A DNA stretch of 32,000 bases from Bacillota bacterium (GCA_029565935.1 JAKQNF010000036.1:5552-37551); one strand, 5' to 3'; positions 1 through 9,341 are shown, counted from the first letter of the stretch. Notes: a model not told the origin generated them from the sequence alone. Program-made: numbers and translations.

Positions 1-843
1 TTCAAGGATACGGAGTGGCTGAGGAGCTCTTTGGAGCAGAGCAGCTTCGCCCCGCAAATAAACATAAACATAAGCGCGGACGGCTTCATGGCCCAGATCA
101 AGAGCGTGGTCATAACTCCGGTGTTCAAGAACGACTGGTCGAGCGCCTATACCAGCTACAACGTCGGTACTTGGGTGAACGTGCCGGCGCCCGTGACGCC
201 GCCGATAGTGACACCGCCCGTGGTGGTGCCTCCTATAAGCGTCCCCATAGCGGCGAACGGCAGGATCAACGTGACGTCTAGCCCCAGCGGGGCAAGGGTG
301 TTCCTCAACGGGGTGGAGCAGGCTTCGACCCCGGCGAACTTCACCGGGCTGGAATTCGGCGAGTACGAGATAACCGTCATATATCCCGGCTACCGCACCT
401 TCACCAGGACCGTAAGCGTCAACAGCTCGAGCGTGCAATATGTATACGCTGAACTGACGGCGATAAGGAACCAGAACGCCTCGGGCAAATCGATCTTCGC
501 CAAGCAGATAGACCTTTCATGGCCTTCTGTGGGGCCTTTCACCGAGAGCTTCAGCTACGCGGGGTACTACTGGAACGTGACCCTAAGGGCGGATTCGATC
601 CTGGGGATGCTTACCAAGGTCAACGCTACCGCTTCAGTGCAGGGAGGATCGCAAGTGCAGTTCGCCGAGTTCACGCCGTCCGGCGCGAACGCGGCTTACA
701 GGTCAAAGGTCGTAGAGTACCAGTACAGGCCCTTTACGTTCAGGATCACCGTGCTTGACGTGAATAACACGACAGGGTCCCTTACCGGCAGCAGCTACAT
801 CGAATCTATAAAGCTGTACCTGGAAGTCTTCTATACGGGCTAA
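1..843 (+). CDS. PEGA-domain surface protein, C-terminal part (5' end lies upstream of the window)
   Basis: Frame 1 is open from nt 1 (FKDTEWLRSS precedes the first listed start at 31); stop TAA 841-843. Pro-rich spacer PAPVTPPIVTPPVVVPPISVP, then a PEGA-like module GRINVTSSPSGARVFLNGVEQASTPANFTGLEFGEYEITVIYPGYRTFTRTVSV. The C-terminal ~150 aa are unrecognised. A hairpin terminator follows. Confidence 0.6.
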   Translation, partial: FKDTEWLRSSLEQSSFAPQININISADGFMAQIKSVVITPVFKNDWSSAYTSYNVGTWVNVPAPVTPPIVTPPVVVPPISVPIAANGRINVTSSPSGARVFLNGVEQASTPANFTGLEFGEYEITVIYPGYRTFTRTVSVNSSSVQYVYAELTAIRNQNASGKSIFAKQIDLSWPSVGPFTESFSYAGYYWNVTLRADSILGMLTKVNATASVQGGSQVQFAEFTPSGANAAYRSKVVEYQYRPFTFRITVLDVNNTTGSLTGSSYIESIKLYLEVFYTG

Positions 844-869
844 GACCTGACGCGATACTGATGACGCAA

Positions 870-900
870 GCGCCGGAAGGGTAGGTCCCCCGGCGCTTTT
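870..900 (+). terminator. Rho-independent terminator after the PEGA-domain gene
   Basis: Perfect 7-bp GC stem GCGCCGG (870-876) / CCGGCGC (890-896), 13-nt loop, then TTTT (897-900), 27 nt after the stop codon. Confidence 0.75.
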
Positions 901-910
901 ACTTGCCCTT

Positions 911-939
911 TTGAGGTTCGAACATCATAATTATATATG
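911..939 (+). promoter_or_regulatory. Candidate sigma70-type promoter for asnS
   Basis: TTGAGG (911-916), 17-nt spacer, TATATG (934-939), in an AT-rich gap ~40 nt upstream of the asnS start. Weak -10, so low confidence. Confidence 0.3.
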
Positions 940-975
940 ACGATTATTTAAAGCATTCAAGCAGGGGGTGCACCG

Positions 976-2271
976 ATGGCCGCATTGGCTTTGATAGGCA
1001 AGATAGGAGAGCATGACGGCAAGGAAGTAGAACTGAGAGGATGGCTGTACAACAAGAGGTCCAGCGGCAGGATACATTTCCTGGAGCTTCGGGACGGAAC
1101 GGGTTTCATACAGTGCGTCGTGGTGAAAGGCGAGGTCCCTGACGAGGATTTCGAGGCGGCTGGCAAGCTGACCCAGGAATCTTCGCTGAGGCTGACAGGC
1201 ATTGTAAGGGCAGACGCAAGGGCGAAGGGCGGATATGAGATAACAGTGAAGTCGGTGATGCCCTTCCAGGTCGCCCAGGATTACCCCATAACGCCCAAGG
1301 AGCACGGCATAGATTTCCTGATGGACAACAGGCACCTTTGGATAAGGCATAAGAGGCAGCACGCGCTGCTATCGATAAGGCACGAAGTGATCGCCGCAGC
1401 CCAGCAGTATCTCAACGACAACGGCTTCCTAAGGGTGGACGCCCCGATATTGACGCCTGCGGCATGCGAAGGTACCACAACGCTCTTCGAGACCGAGTAC
1501 TTCGAGGAGAAGGCGTATCTAAGCCAATCTGGCCAGCTGTACAATGAGGCGGACGCGATGGCGTTCGGAAAGGTATATTGCTTCGGCCCTACCTTCAGGG
1601 CCGAGAAATCCAAGACGAGGAGGCACCTGATCGAATTCTGGATGCTAGAGCCTGAGATGGCCTGGTGCGACCAGGAGGAGAACCAGAGGGTGCAGGAGGA
1701 GCTGGTCTCCTACATAGTGGCGAAGGTGCTCGAAAAAAGAAGAGCCGAACTTGCGGTCATCGAAAGGGACGTAACGAAGCTGGAGGACATCAAACCCCCG
1801 TTCCCGCGCCTAAGCTACGACGATGCCATAGATATCCTCAAAGGAGCCGGCAGGGACATATCCTGGGGAGACGACTTCGGCGCCCCCGACGAGACCCTTA
1901 TTTCCGAGAGGTTCACAAGGCCTGTGTTCGTCACCAACTACCCGACGTCAATGAAGGCATTCTACATGCAGCCCGAGCCAGGCAGGCCAGAGGTGGTAAA
2001 ATGTGCCGACATGCTGGCGCCTGAGGGCTATGGCGAGATAATCGGCGGAAGCGAGAGGATATGGGATCCGGCGCTCATGGAGGAGCGCATGAGGCAGCAC
2101 AACCTCAGCGAAGAGGCGTATGGATGGTACATGCAGCTAAGGAAGTTCGGTACCGTACCGCATTCTGGCTTCGGCATCGGAATCGAAAGGACTGTGGCAT
2201 GGATTACAGGATCTGAGCACATCAGGGAGATGATCCCATTCCCGAGGCTACTATACAGATTGCGTCCATAA
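976..2271 (+). CDS. asnS: Asparaginyl-tRNA synthetase (class IIb)
   Basis: 431 aa. SD AGGGGG at 963-968. OB-fold N-terminus [28 protein letters not shown]. Class II motif 2 region [28 protein letters not shown] (EFWM-EPE is the AsnRS-type signature as in E. coli AsnS). Motif 3 [12 protein letters not shown]; C-terminal PFPR. Confidence 0.85.
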   Translation: MAALALIGKIGEHDGKEVELRGWLYNKRSSGRIHFLELRDGTGFIQCVVVKGEVPDEDFEAAGKLTQESSLRLTGIVRADARAKGGYEITVKSVMPFQVAQDYPITPKEHGIDFLMDNRHLWIRHKRQHALLSIRHEVIAAAQQYLNDNGFLRVDAPILTPAACEGTTTLFETEYFEEKAYLSQSGQLYNEADAMAFGKVYCFGPTFRAEKSKTRRHLIEFWMLEPEMAWCDQEENQRVQEELVSYIVAKVLEKRRAELAVIERDVTKLEDIKPPFPRLSYDDAIDILKGAGRDISWGDDFGAPDETLISERFTRPVFVTNYPTSMKAFYMQPEPGRPEVVKCADMLAPEGYGEIIGGSERIWDPALMEERMRQHNLSEEAYGWYMQLRKFGTVPHSGFGIGIERTVAWITGSEHIREMIPFPRLLYRLRP

Positions 2272-2361
2272 TGCTACGACGCCCACGGCGGGAACCAAAA
2301 GCCCCTGTGGGCGTCAAATGACTTGATGGAGGAAAAAGCTGACCTACAAGGAGGGTTTGAA

Positions 2362-5300
2362 ATGCTAAGGAAGAAGACCGGCGCGCTATTTGCGGCATCT
2401 TTGCTCCTTGTACTCTTGATAGTCGCAGTCCAAGCGGGCGCCCAGGTGACCACGTACATCCAGAACGGCGAGAAGTACCTTGCCGATGGAAGCTGGGCCA
2501 TGGCGATCAACGAGTTCAAGTATGCGCTCAACTATGAGCCACAGAACACGAATGCCTGGTACGGACTGGGCAGAGCTTATGAAGGACTCTCGGGCGCCAA
2601 GGGTGCGTTCGATATCAATGCGGAGGCGCTCACCGGCGGGACTGATGCCATAGCCTTCAAACCGGACAAAGACGCCTCTGCGAACCTCGAAGAGGCGATA
2701 AGGGCGTTCTCCAACGCGGCTTCCTACTATCCTGTGAATCTTTCCGCCATTGCGGCCCTTGGCAGGGCGCAATACATGGCGGGGCGCACACAGGAAGCCT
2801 TCTACACGCTAGAAAGGGGTACCGTCCCATACTCGCTAAACAACGAGGCGCTGGCTAACATGCTTTACATAAGCATGATGGCAGGCGATGCGCAAAGGTT
2901 CGGCACCTATTCGCAGATAGCAAGGAACAGCACCGCCGCCATGTCCGACCAGGGTGTCATCCACGCCCTGGCTGCCGCCGAGGTCGCCGCGGGCAATTAT
3001 AAAGCGGCGGAGACACTGCTCACACCGCTGATGTACAGGTACGACCTAGGATATCTGCCCCTTAAGGCGATGGGAGACATCCTGTTCGCACAGGGCAGGC
3101 CGATGGAGGCGCTCAGCTTCTACAAGTACGCCGCCAACGCGAATCCCAAGGCGACGGGTGCCCTTACGATGACGGGCGACATCCTGTCACTTACCGGGGA
3201 TCCCACGGGAGCCTCGGCTGCGTACAGGGCGGCCCTGCTGGCCAATCCAGCATCCTACTGGGCCAAGATGGGCCTTGCCAGGAGCCTTATGGAGCTCAAC
3301 GACAACACCGGGGCCCTCAACGTGGTGAAGGAACTGCTCAGCAAGGGCGGATCTGATAACCAGGATACGGCGTACACCTTGGAGGCGGTCCTAGAAAGGG
3401 CGCTCGGGCAGCTGCAGCAGGCCGAGATCTCGCTGAAGACGGCCTTGGCGCTTAACCCGTCGAACCAGGTGGCCGCTTATTACCTGAGCCTGGTACAGTC
3501 CGAGATGCGCGCAAGGGGCCTGGCAAGCCTGACGTTCCCGGGCATGACTCTGCCGGCCTTTGAAGGCTTCGTGATAAACGGCGGGGCTTCGATCGCAAAC
3601 AACCGCAAGGTGACCCTGAGCGTGAATACGACGGCCAGCTACGTGTCATTCAAGAACGAGAACGCGGATTACGGGACATGGAGCTACAAGTTCGGCACTT
3701 CGGCGAGCTATGACTGGCTGCTCTCCGAAGGGGACGGGAAGAAATCCGTCCGCATGCGCACCAGGGAGGGCCTGTTCTCCATGGCGCAGGAAGGACCTGT
3801 AGAGGAGATCCTGCTCGACACCACGCCACCCACGGTCATCTCTCGCGAAGCTTCATACTTGTCAGGGAACACCTTCATGATGAGAGTGGTCGCAGAAGAG
3901 GCGATGACCGGGATAGGCACGTTCTGGATGTCCGCCGACGGGACCCTCTGGAAACCGTACAGGTGGATGGGCGGGACGTTCCCGTTCGCATTCGTCGTAG
4001 GGGCAAGCAAGGTAGTCACGGTGGCGATAGTCGACGGGGCGGGCAACTTTGCATCGTTCCAGACCGACATAAGCCAGTACATACCGGGTCCTGTCATAAC
4101 CGACGTGTCGGCGCAGGAGACCGGGACCGGCAAGGTGACGGTAAGATGGACGACCGACAGGCTGTCCAGCAGCTACGTAGAGTACAAGCTGGGCCAGTCG
4201 GCGAACGTGGTGGGCAACGAATCTCTGGTCAAGTCCCACGTAGTGGATGTAACGGGGCTCATCCCCGGCCAGGCATACCAGTTCAAGCCAATATCGGTAG
4301 ATTCCTACGGGATCAAGACGGAAGGGCAGCCCGTTACGCTTACGCTGAGCGCGCCGGTTAAACCGCCGACCATAAGCGGTATAAGCGTCTTGGGCGTTAC
4401 CGCGAACACCGCTACCATAAGCTGGAATACGGACGTGCCCTCATACGGGTATGTCATGTACTCCGTCTCGGGCCAGCAGATATCTTCCCAGCAGGTGGGC
4501 CCGTCCACCCAAAACCAGGTGACGCTCACCGGGCTCATGCAGATATCCACCTACCAGTTCCAGGTAATAGCCTGGGACCAGCAAGGTAGGCAGGCATACT
4601 CCGACATGAGGAGCTTTACGACCTCCTCGTCGGACAGGAAGTCCCCGACGATATCCAATCTCAGGATAAACGGGGGCGCGGCTTCGACCAACAACAGGAC
4701 GGTCGGGCTGGAGCTATACGCGACGGACGATTCCGGTTATGTCACAGAGATGAGCTTCAAGGACGACTACTCCAACTGGAGCGCCTGGATGCCTTACAAT
4801 ACGTACTCCAGCTTCGTTCTTAGCGACAGGGAAGGCCAGCGCACCGTCTATGCGAGGGTGAAAGACGCCGCCGGCAACATCTCGACCGAAGTCACAGCGA
4901 GGATAGAGCTGGACAGGACGGCGCCCAGGATCAGCTGGGTAGGCGCACAGGCCGGCCTCGATAATGCGGAGATCACCTGGGACACCGACGAAAGCTCCGA
5001 TTCTTGGGCGTTCTTCGGCACGTCCTCAAGCTCGCTGTCATATAGCCAAGGGCAGGGCGACTCGGTGAGGTCCCATAGGGTGTTCCTTACCGGGCTACGT
5101 CCGGACACGACCTACTTCTACAAGGTGATGTCCCGTGATGCGGCCGGCAACGCTTCCGAAAGCTCCATCGCCTCCTTCAGGACCCAGCCTGCGATGCCGG
5201 CGGACACCAAAGCCCCCACCGGATCCGTGACGATCAACGACGGCACCACATACACCAGGTCGAGGTACATCTACCTCAACCTGTACGCGACGGATGACAG

Positions 5301-7071
5301 GTCCTCGCAGGGCGAGATACAGTTCAGGGTCGGCGAGGGAGCCAGCAGCTACAGCATAACCTGGGGCGCTTGGCAGGCGTTCGCGCCAAGGGTGCAGTAC
5401 ACCCTCGGCTACGGCGACGGCCAGAGGAACGTGTGGGTGATGTACAGGGATGCCGCCGGCAACGTATCGCAAATCTACGGCGCGTCGGTCATACTCGACA
5501 CGAAAGCTCCGATAATAACGAACCTCGGAGTATCAAACGTAACGACAACCAGCGCTGTGATCAACTTCACTACCAACGAGCCGTCGTTTGGCAGCGTAGA
5601 GTACGGAATCGCGACATATTCGCTTAGCCTGGCATCGGGCGAGAGCGGAGTCAAGTCTTCCTCCGTGAGCACGGCCGAACCCAGCTCGGTAATCATAACC
5701 CCGAACCCGCTGCCGACGAGGCCCGGCATGACGAACTTCAGCATCAACATCACAGGGCTCAAGGCGGGGACGACCTACTACTTCAGGGCTGTGGCCATGG
5801 ACATAGCGGGCAATACGTCGGCCACCCAGGTAGGCAGCTTCAACACGCTGGAGCCTGTGCCGGTCGACACCAAGGCCCCGACCGGATCTGTCACGATAAA
5901 CGACAATACAAGGTACACCAGGTCCAGGTACGTATACCTGAACTTGTACGCATCCGATGACAAGTCGCCTCAGTCGGCCATACAGTACCGCGTAGGCGAG
6001 GGCATAAGCGCATACAGCATAAGCTGGGGCGGCTGGACGCAGTTCGCCAGCAAGGTGGCGTACACCCTAGGCTATGGCGACGGCCAGAGGAACATCTGGG
6101 TCATGTACAGGGACGCGGCGGGCAACGTTTCGCAGGCGTACGGAGCGTCGATAGTTCTCGACAGCAAGGCGCCTATAATAACCAACCTGGCCGCAAGCAA
6201 CATAACGACCAGCTCAGCGACTATAACCTGGAACACCAACGAGGCTTCGTTCGGCAGCGTCGAGTTCGGCACCTCCTCTTCGTCCCTAAGCTCAGCGACC
6301 GGCGAGACGGGCGTGAGGTCGTCTTCGATCAGCACGGCTGAGCCCAGCTCGGTGGTGATCACCCCCAACCCGACCGGCGGAAGGGGCGGGAACACCAGCT
6401 TCAGCCTGAACATAACAGGGTTAAGGGCCGATACTACCTACTACTTCAGGGCAGTGGCGATGGACCTCGCCGGCAACATAGCCGCCTCCCAGACGTCGAG
6501 CTTCCGTACGGCGTCGGCGGTCGTGGCGCCTCCCGTGGTGACACCACCTATTGTGACACCCCCTGTGGTAACGCCTCCTGTGACGCCTCCGGTCGTGACA
6601 CCTCCTACGACTACGCCCACACAGCCGACAGGAGTCAACCTCGCGGGCAAGTCACAGGGCACGAAAGCAAGCACCAACGGCTGGTCCAAGGCAAATGTGG
6701 CGGCTTTAGCGATCGACGAGAACATGTCGTCCTTCTGGATGTCGAAGGATACCGCTACTTCCTCGACACCTCAATGGATAGAGGTCACGTTCGGCAAGAC
6801 CGTCGCGTTCAACACCGTGGTCATGAAAGTATCCTCGAAAGGAGCGCCCAAGGACCTCAAGGTGTTCGCCATGGTCAACAACAAGTGGACCGAAGTCTAC
6901 AATTACAAGACCAACAGGGAAGGTACCGGAAATCCCGCATCGTCGACAGTAGAGACGATAACGATGAGCTTCAGCAGGGTGCAGGCAACAGCGGTGCGCC
7001 TCTACTACTACGACATGGTCTACAAAGACGAGCCTACGGTCTTGTACGAGGTGGAAGTCTATAACAGGTAA
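2362..7071 (+). CDS. Giant secreted multidomain protein: signal peptide, TPR region, alternating Ig-like and FN3-like modules, Pro-rich spacer, C-terminal F5/8 type C (discoidin)-like domain
   Basis: ORF 2323-7071. Preferred start is ATG 2362 (AAGGAGGG at 2348-2355, 6-nt spacer), giving signal peptide MLRKKTGALFAASLLLVLLIVAVQAGA. TPR-like repeats cover ~2455-3520 (AINEFKYALNYEPQNTNAWYGLGRAYEG; ALSFYKYAANANPKA; AEISLKTALALNPSN). Four modules are of the type INGGA..TNNR.V.L..D.SG...W...DG.RTVY.R.KDAAGN.S. They alternate with five FN3/purple-acid-phosphatase-N-like modules (ITW.TDE.S...V.YG....H.V.LTGL.P.T.Y.Y.V...D.AGN). C-terminus: NVAALAIDENMSSFWMS..QWIEVTFGK..AVRLYYY..YEVEVYN. Confidence 0.8.
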   Translation: MLRKKTGALFAASLLLVLLIVAVQAGAQVTTYIQNGEKYLADGSWAMAINEFKYALNYEPQNTNAWYGLGRAYEGLSGAKGAFDINAEALTGGTDAIAFKPDKDASANLEEAIRAFSNAASYYPVNLSAIAALGRAQYMAGRTQEAFYTLERGTVPYSLNNEALANMLYISMMAGDAQRFGTYSQIARNSTAAMSDQGVIHALAAAEVAAGNYKAAETLLTPLMYRYDLGYLPLKAMGDILFAQGRPMEALSFYKYAANANPKATGALTMTGDILSLTGDPTGASAAYRAALLANPASYWAKMGLARSLMELNDNTGALNVVKELLSKGGSDNQDTAYTLEAVLERALGQLQQAEISLKTALALNPSNQVAAYYLSLVQSEMRARGLASLTFPGMTLPAFEGFVINGGASIANNRKVTLSVNTTASYVSFKNENADYGTWSYKFGTSASYDWLLSEGDGKKSVRMRTREGLFSMAQEGPVEEILLDTTPPTVISREASYLSGNTFMMRVVAEEAMTGIGTFWMSADGTLWKPYRWMGGTFPFAFVVGASKVVTVAIVDGAGNFASFQTDISQYIPGPVITDVSAQETGTGKVTVRWTTDRLSSSYVEYKLGQSANVVGNESLVKSHVVDVTGLIPGQAYQFKPISVDSYGIKTEGQPVTLTLSAPVKPPTISGISVLGVTANTATISWNTDVPSYGYVMYSVSGQQISSQQVGPSTQNQVTLTGLMQISTYQFQVIAWDQQGRQAYSDMRSFTTSSSDRKSPTISNLRINGGAASTNNRTVGLELYATDDSGYVTEMSFKDDYSNWSAWMPYNTYSSFVLSDREGQRTVYARVKDAAGNISTEVTARIELDRTAPRISWVGAQAGLDNAEITWDTDESSDSWAFFGTSSSSLSYSQGQGDSVRSHRVFLTGLRPDTTYFYKVMSRDAAGNASESSIASFRTQPAMPADTKAPTGSVTINDGTTYTRSRYIYLNLYATDDRSSQGEIQFRVGEGASSYSITWGAWQAFAPRVQYTLGYGDGQRNVWVMYRDAAGNVSQIYGASVILDTKAPIITNLGVSNVTTTSAVINFTTNEPSFGSVEYGIATYSLSLASGESGVKSSSVSTAEPSSVIITPNPLPTRPGMTNFSINITGLKAGTTYYFRAVAMDIAGNTSATQVGSFNTLEPVPVDTKAPTGSVTINDNTRYTRSRYVYLNLYASDDKSPQSAIQYRVGEGISAYSISWGGWTQFASKVAYTLGYGDGQRNIWVMYRDAAGNVSQAYGASIVLDSKAPIITNLAASNITTSSATITWNTNEASFGSVEFGTSSSSLSSATGETGVRSSSISTAEPSSVVITPNPTGGRGGNTSFSLNITGLRADTTYYFRAVAMDLAGNIAASQTSSFRTASAVVAPPVVTPPIVTPPVVTPPVTPPVVTPPTTTPTQPTGVNLAGKSQGTKASTNGWSKANVAALAIDENMSSFWMSKDTATSSTPQWIEVTFGKTVAFNTVVMKVSSKGAPKDLKVFAMVNNKWTEVYNYKTNREGTGNPASSTVETITMSFSRVQATAVRLYYYDMVYKDEPTVLYEVEVYNR
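5203..6528 (+). repeat. In-frame tandem duplication, 2 x 663 bp (221 codons each), inside the giant gene
   Basis: Copy 1 (5203-5865) and copy 2 (5866-6528) both start GACACCAA(A/G)GCCCC(C/G)ACCGGATC (DTKAPTGSVTIND...). My ungapped hand alignment gives 157/221 identical residues (~71%). Each copy is one Ig-like plus one FN3-like module. Confidence 0.9.
6529..6633 (+). repeat. Low-complexity Pro/Val/Thr spacer (PPVVTPPIVTPPVVTPPVTPPVVTPPTTTPTQPTG)
   Basis: Imperfect 12-15-nt periodicity GTGACNCCNCCT within the ORF. Same peptide style as 181-240 in the upstream PEGA-domain gene, but with different codons. Confidence 0.8.
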
Positions 7072-7092
7072 TCAGTGACATGATCGAGAACC

Positions 7093-7130
7093 GGCGCCGC
7101 GGACTGTGCCATCGCGCCATCCGCGGCGCC
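7093..7130 (+). terminator. Strong GC hairpin after the giant gene (possible terminator, weak U-tract)
   Basis: 11-bp perfect stem GGCGCCGCGGA (7093-7103) / TCCGCGGCGCC (7120-7130), 16-nt loop, followed only by TTCC. It sits 22 nt after the stop codon and 20 nt before the next start. Confidence 0.5.
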
Positions 7131-7149
7131 TTCCATCGGAGGGGAGACA

Positions 7150-8319
7150 TTGGGGACCATCAAGCTCTACAAGGGCAAGGACAGGAGAATCAGGGCGGGG
7201 CACCTGTGGATATTCGAAGGTGAGATAGACGAGGTCCGCGAAGCCGCGCCGGGGGACATCGTCGACGTGGTGAACCACCAGGGCAGCTTCCTGGGGAAGG
7301 CCATGGTGAGCGGCTCTGAGACGCTCAAGGCGCGCATCATGGCAAGGAAGGACGTGCCGATAGACGAAGCCTTCTTCGCTAGGGCCCTTGAAGGCTGCCT
7401 GGAATATAGGAGGAGGGTCGCTCCCGACGCCACATGCTACAGGCTGGTCAACAGCGAGGGGGACCTGCTGCCGGGCCTAACCGTGGACGTATACGAAGAC
7501 GTGTTCGTACTGCAAGCGACGACCTACGGCATGGACATAAGGAAGCGCATGCTAGCAGAGCTGGTGGCGAAGCTTTTGGGGACCGGCAAGGCCTATGAGC
7601 GGGACGACATGCCGGTAAGGCGGTATGAGAAGCTAGAGCCGGTCAAGGGTTTCTTGATGGGCGAGTTCGACACGCGAATCAGGATCAGGGAGAACGGAGC
7701 CGTCATGGACATAGACGTCTCCGAGGGGCAGAAGACTGGATATTACCTCGACCAGAGGGAGAACAGGTCGGCGGCGGCAGGGCTTTCGGCAGGGCTGCAC
7801 GTGCTGGATGCATTCTGCTACAACGGCAGCTTCGGAGTGCAGGCCGGCATCAAAGGCGCGGCCAGCGTCCATTTCATGGACTTGAGCGAGCCAGCCATCG
7901 AGAAGGCGAGGGAGAACGCAAGGCTCAACGGCATCGAGGGTATCAGCAGGTTCGAAACCGTGAACGCGTTCGACGAGCTGAACAAGCTTGCCAAGGAAGG
8001 GGCCCGGTATGACATGGTGATGCTGGACCCTCCTCCTTTTACGAGGAACAAGGAGGCCGTCGAGGGTGCGATAAGAGGCTACAAGGAGATAAACCTAAGG
8101 GGCATCAAGCTCACGAGGCCCGGCGGATACCTGGTTACTTCGAGCTGCTCCCAGCACATAGGGATGGAGCTGTTCAAGGAGATCATCCTGACGGCAGCGG
8201 CGGATGCAGGCAAGTATCTGCAGCTCGTGGAGGCGAGGTCGCAGGCGAAGGACCATACGAGGCTCCTTTCGATGCCGGAGACCGAATACCTGAAGTTTCT
8301 GATATTCAGGGTGGCATGA
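7150..8319 (+). CDS. rlmI: PUA-domain class I SAM-dependent rRNA (cytosine-C5) methyltransferase, RlmI/YwbD family
   Basis: 389 aa. TTG start with GGAGGGGAG at 7138-7146. N-terminal PUA-like KGKDRRIRAGHLWIFEGEIDEV; SAM-binding region VLDAFCYNGSFGV; motif IV MLDPPPFTRNK; LVTSSCSQH. Length and architecture match E. coli RlmI (~396 aa). Confidence 0.75.
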   Translation: MGTIKLYKGKDRRIRAGHLWIFEGEIDEVREAAPGDIVDVVNHQGSFLGKAMVSGSETLKARIMARKDVPIDEAFFARALEGCLEYRRRVAPDATCYRLVNSEGDLLPGLTVDVYEDVFVLQATTYGMDIRKRMLAELVAKLLGTGKAYERDDMPVRRYEKLEPVKGFLMGEFDTRIRIRENGAVMDIDVSEGQKTGYYLDQRENRSAAAGLSAGLHVLDAFCYNGSFGVQAGIKGAASVHFMDLSEPAIEKARENARLNGIEGISRFETVNAFDELNKLAKEGARYDMVMLDPPPFTRNKEAVEGAIRGYKEINLRGIKLTRPGGYLVTSSCSQHIGMELFKEIILTAAADAGKYLQLVEARSQAKDHTRLLSMPETEYLKFLIFRVA

Positions 8320-8354
8320 GCCGAGGAACGGCCTTCCATTCCCGAACTTATATA

Positions 8355-8363
8355 TGTTATAAT
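8355..8363 (+). promoter_or_regulatory. Extended -10 promoter element (TGtTATAAT) upstream of rpmE
   Basis: TG at 8355-8356, one nt, then TATAAT at 8358-8363, in an AT-rich gap ~55 nt upstream of the rpmE ATG. No good -35, which is consistent with an extended -10 type. Confidence 0.4.
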
Positions 8364-8417
8364 TCACGATGTTTTATGTTCAGGAGATAGTTCCTTCTCT
8401 TAGTGGAGGTGTACGGA

Positions 8418-8615
8418 ATGAAGGAAAAGATACATCCTAAATACTCGGTCACGAAGGTGACGTGCGCTTGCGGCGAAACTTTCGAGGTGGGATCGACAGC
8501 TGAGAACCTCAGGGTCGAAATCTGCTCCAAGTGCCATCCCTTCACCACTGGCGTACAGAGGATAGTGGACACCGGTGGCAGGATAGAGAAATTCCGCAAA
8601 AAGCACAACCTGTAG
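8418..8615 (+). CDS. rpmE: 50S ribosomal protein L31 (Zn-ribbon type A)
   Basis: [65 protein letters not shown]. Classic L31 with CxC...CxxC. ATG 8418 is preceded by GGAGGTG (8405-8411); the listed GTG 8403 start lies within the SD. Confidence 0.95.
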   Translation: MKEKIHPKYSVTKVTCACGETFEVGSTAENLRVEICSKCHPFTTGVQRIVDTGGRIEKFRKKHNL

Positions 8616-8666
8616 CACCACGGGCGGGCGCCTTGTCCAAGACATGTCCCGCCTAAAGACCAATAC

Positions 8667-8707
8667 GTCGGAGCCTTACTATATGCTAAGGCTCCGACAT
8701 TATTTTA
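8667..8707 (+). terminator. Rho-independent terminator after rpmE
   Basis: 11-bp perfect stem GTCGGAGCCTT (8667-8677) / AAGGCTCCGAC (8688-8698), 10-nt loop, then ATTATTTTA. Confidence 0.8.
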
Positions 8708-8744
8708 TAATGAATAGGATAAAGTCTTCCTGGAGGTAACCTCA

Positions 8745-9341
8745 ATGGATCTTAGGGTCGGCCATCCCGGCGGTTGGTTGGAGGTCATCTGCGGTTCGAT
8801 GTTCTCTGGCAAGAGCGAGGAGCTCATAAGGCGGGTAAAGAGGGCAAGGATCGCAAAGCAGCGCGTAATAGTCCTCAAACACGCAATAGACGACAGGTTC
8901 TCCATGAGCCAGGTCGTATCGCATGATGGCGACAAACTTGAGGGCATCCCGGTGACCAATTCCTCAGAGCTCATTTCTAAGATCCCCCTGGGTACGCAGG
9001 TCGTGGCCATAGACGAAGCCCAGTTCTTCGACTCCGGCCTGGTGGAAGTGTGCGACACATTGGCCCGAAGCGGCGTTAGGGTAATTGTGGCGGGGCTCGA
9101 CACGAATTTCAGGGGCGAGCCGTTCGGTCCGATACCGATGCTTCTCGCCTTGGCCGAGGACGTCACTAAACTCAACGCGATATGCATGAAGTGCGGCGCG
9201 CCGGCCTCTAGGACGCAGAGGCTTGTAAACGGCAAGCCCGCGAAGTTCGACGACCCTGTCGTTATGATAGGGGCGAGCGAATCCTACGAGGCAAGGTGCC
9301 GCAAGTGCCACGAAGTGCCCGGAAAGCCACAATCCGATTGA
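8745..9341 (+). CDS. tdk: Thymidine kinase
   Basis: 198 aa. GGAGG at 8732-8736. P-loop [23 protein letters not shown]-terminal Zn ribbon [13 protein letters not shown]...ARCRKCH. Confidence 0.9.
   Translation: MDLRVGHPGGWLEVICGSMFSGKSEELIRRVKRARIAKQRVIVLKHAIDDRFSMSQVVSHDGDKLEGIPVTNSSELISKIPLGTQVVAIDEAQFFDSGLVEVCDTLARSGVRVIVAGLDTNFRGEPFGPIPMLLALAEDVTKLNAICMKCGAPASRTQRLVNGKPAKFDDPVVMIGASESYEARCRKCHEVPGKPQSD

Noticed and set aside
181-240. Short periodic DNA repeats here and at 6529-6633, considered as a possible CRISPR or microsatellite
   Set aside because: They lie inside long ORFs, are imperfect codon-level repeats encoding Pro/Val/Thr spacers, and have no repeat-spacer organisation.
915-922. 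GGTTCGAA, a tRNA T-loop-like motif in the gap before asnS
   Set aside because: The flanks do not form a T-stem or any acceptor or anticodon arms, so no cloverleaf can be drawn. It is a chance match inside a promoter-like AT-rich region.
2279-2316. 9-bp hairpin GACGCCCAC / GTGGGCGTC just after asnS
   Set aside because: It has a 20-nt loop and no U-tract on either strand, so I could not support it as an intrinsic terminator. It may still be a stabilising 3' hairpin or a Rho-related site.
2323-2361. Upstream ATG 2323 as start of the giant gene
   Set aside because: The extra MMEEKADLQGGFE has no SD, would bury the signal peptide, and overlaps the strong AAGGAGGG that serves ATG 2362.
3963-4361. 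Alternative-frame + strand ORFs inside the giant gene (also 5370-5627 and 6774-7064) and inside other genes (1665-2024, 23511-24161)
   Set aside because: Their translations are Arg/Gly/Gln-rich with no motifs. They are nested in frames that have strong domain signatures, so they are off-frame artefacts of GC-rich coding sequence.
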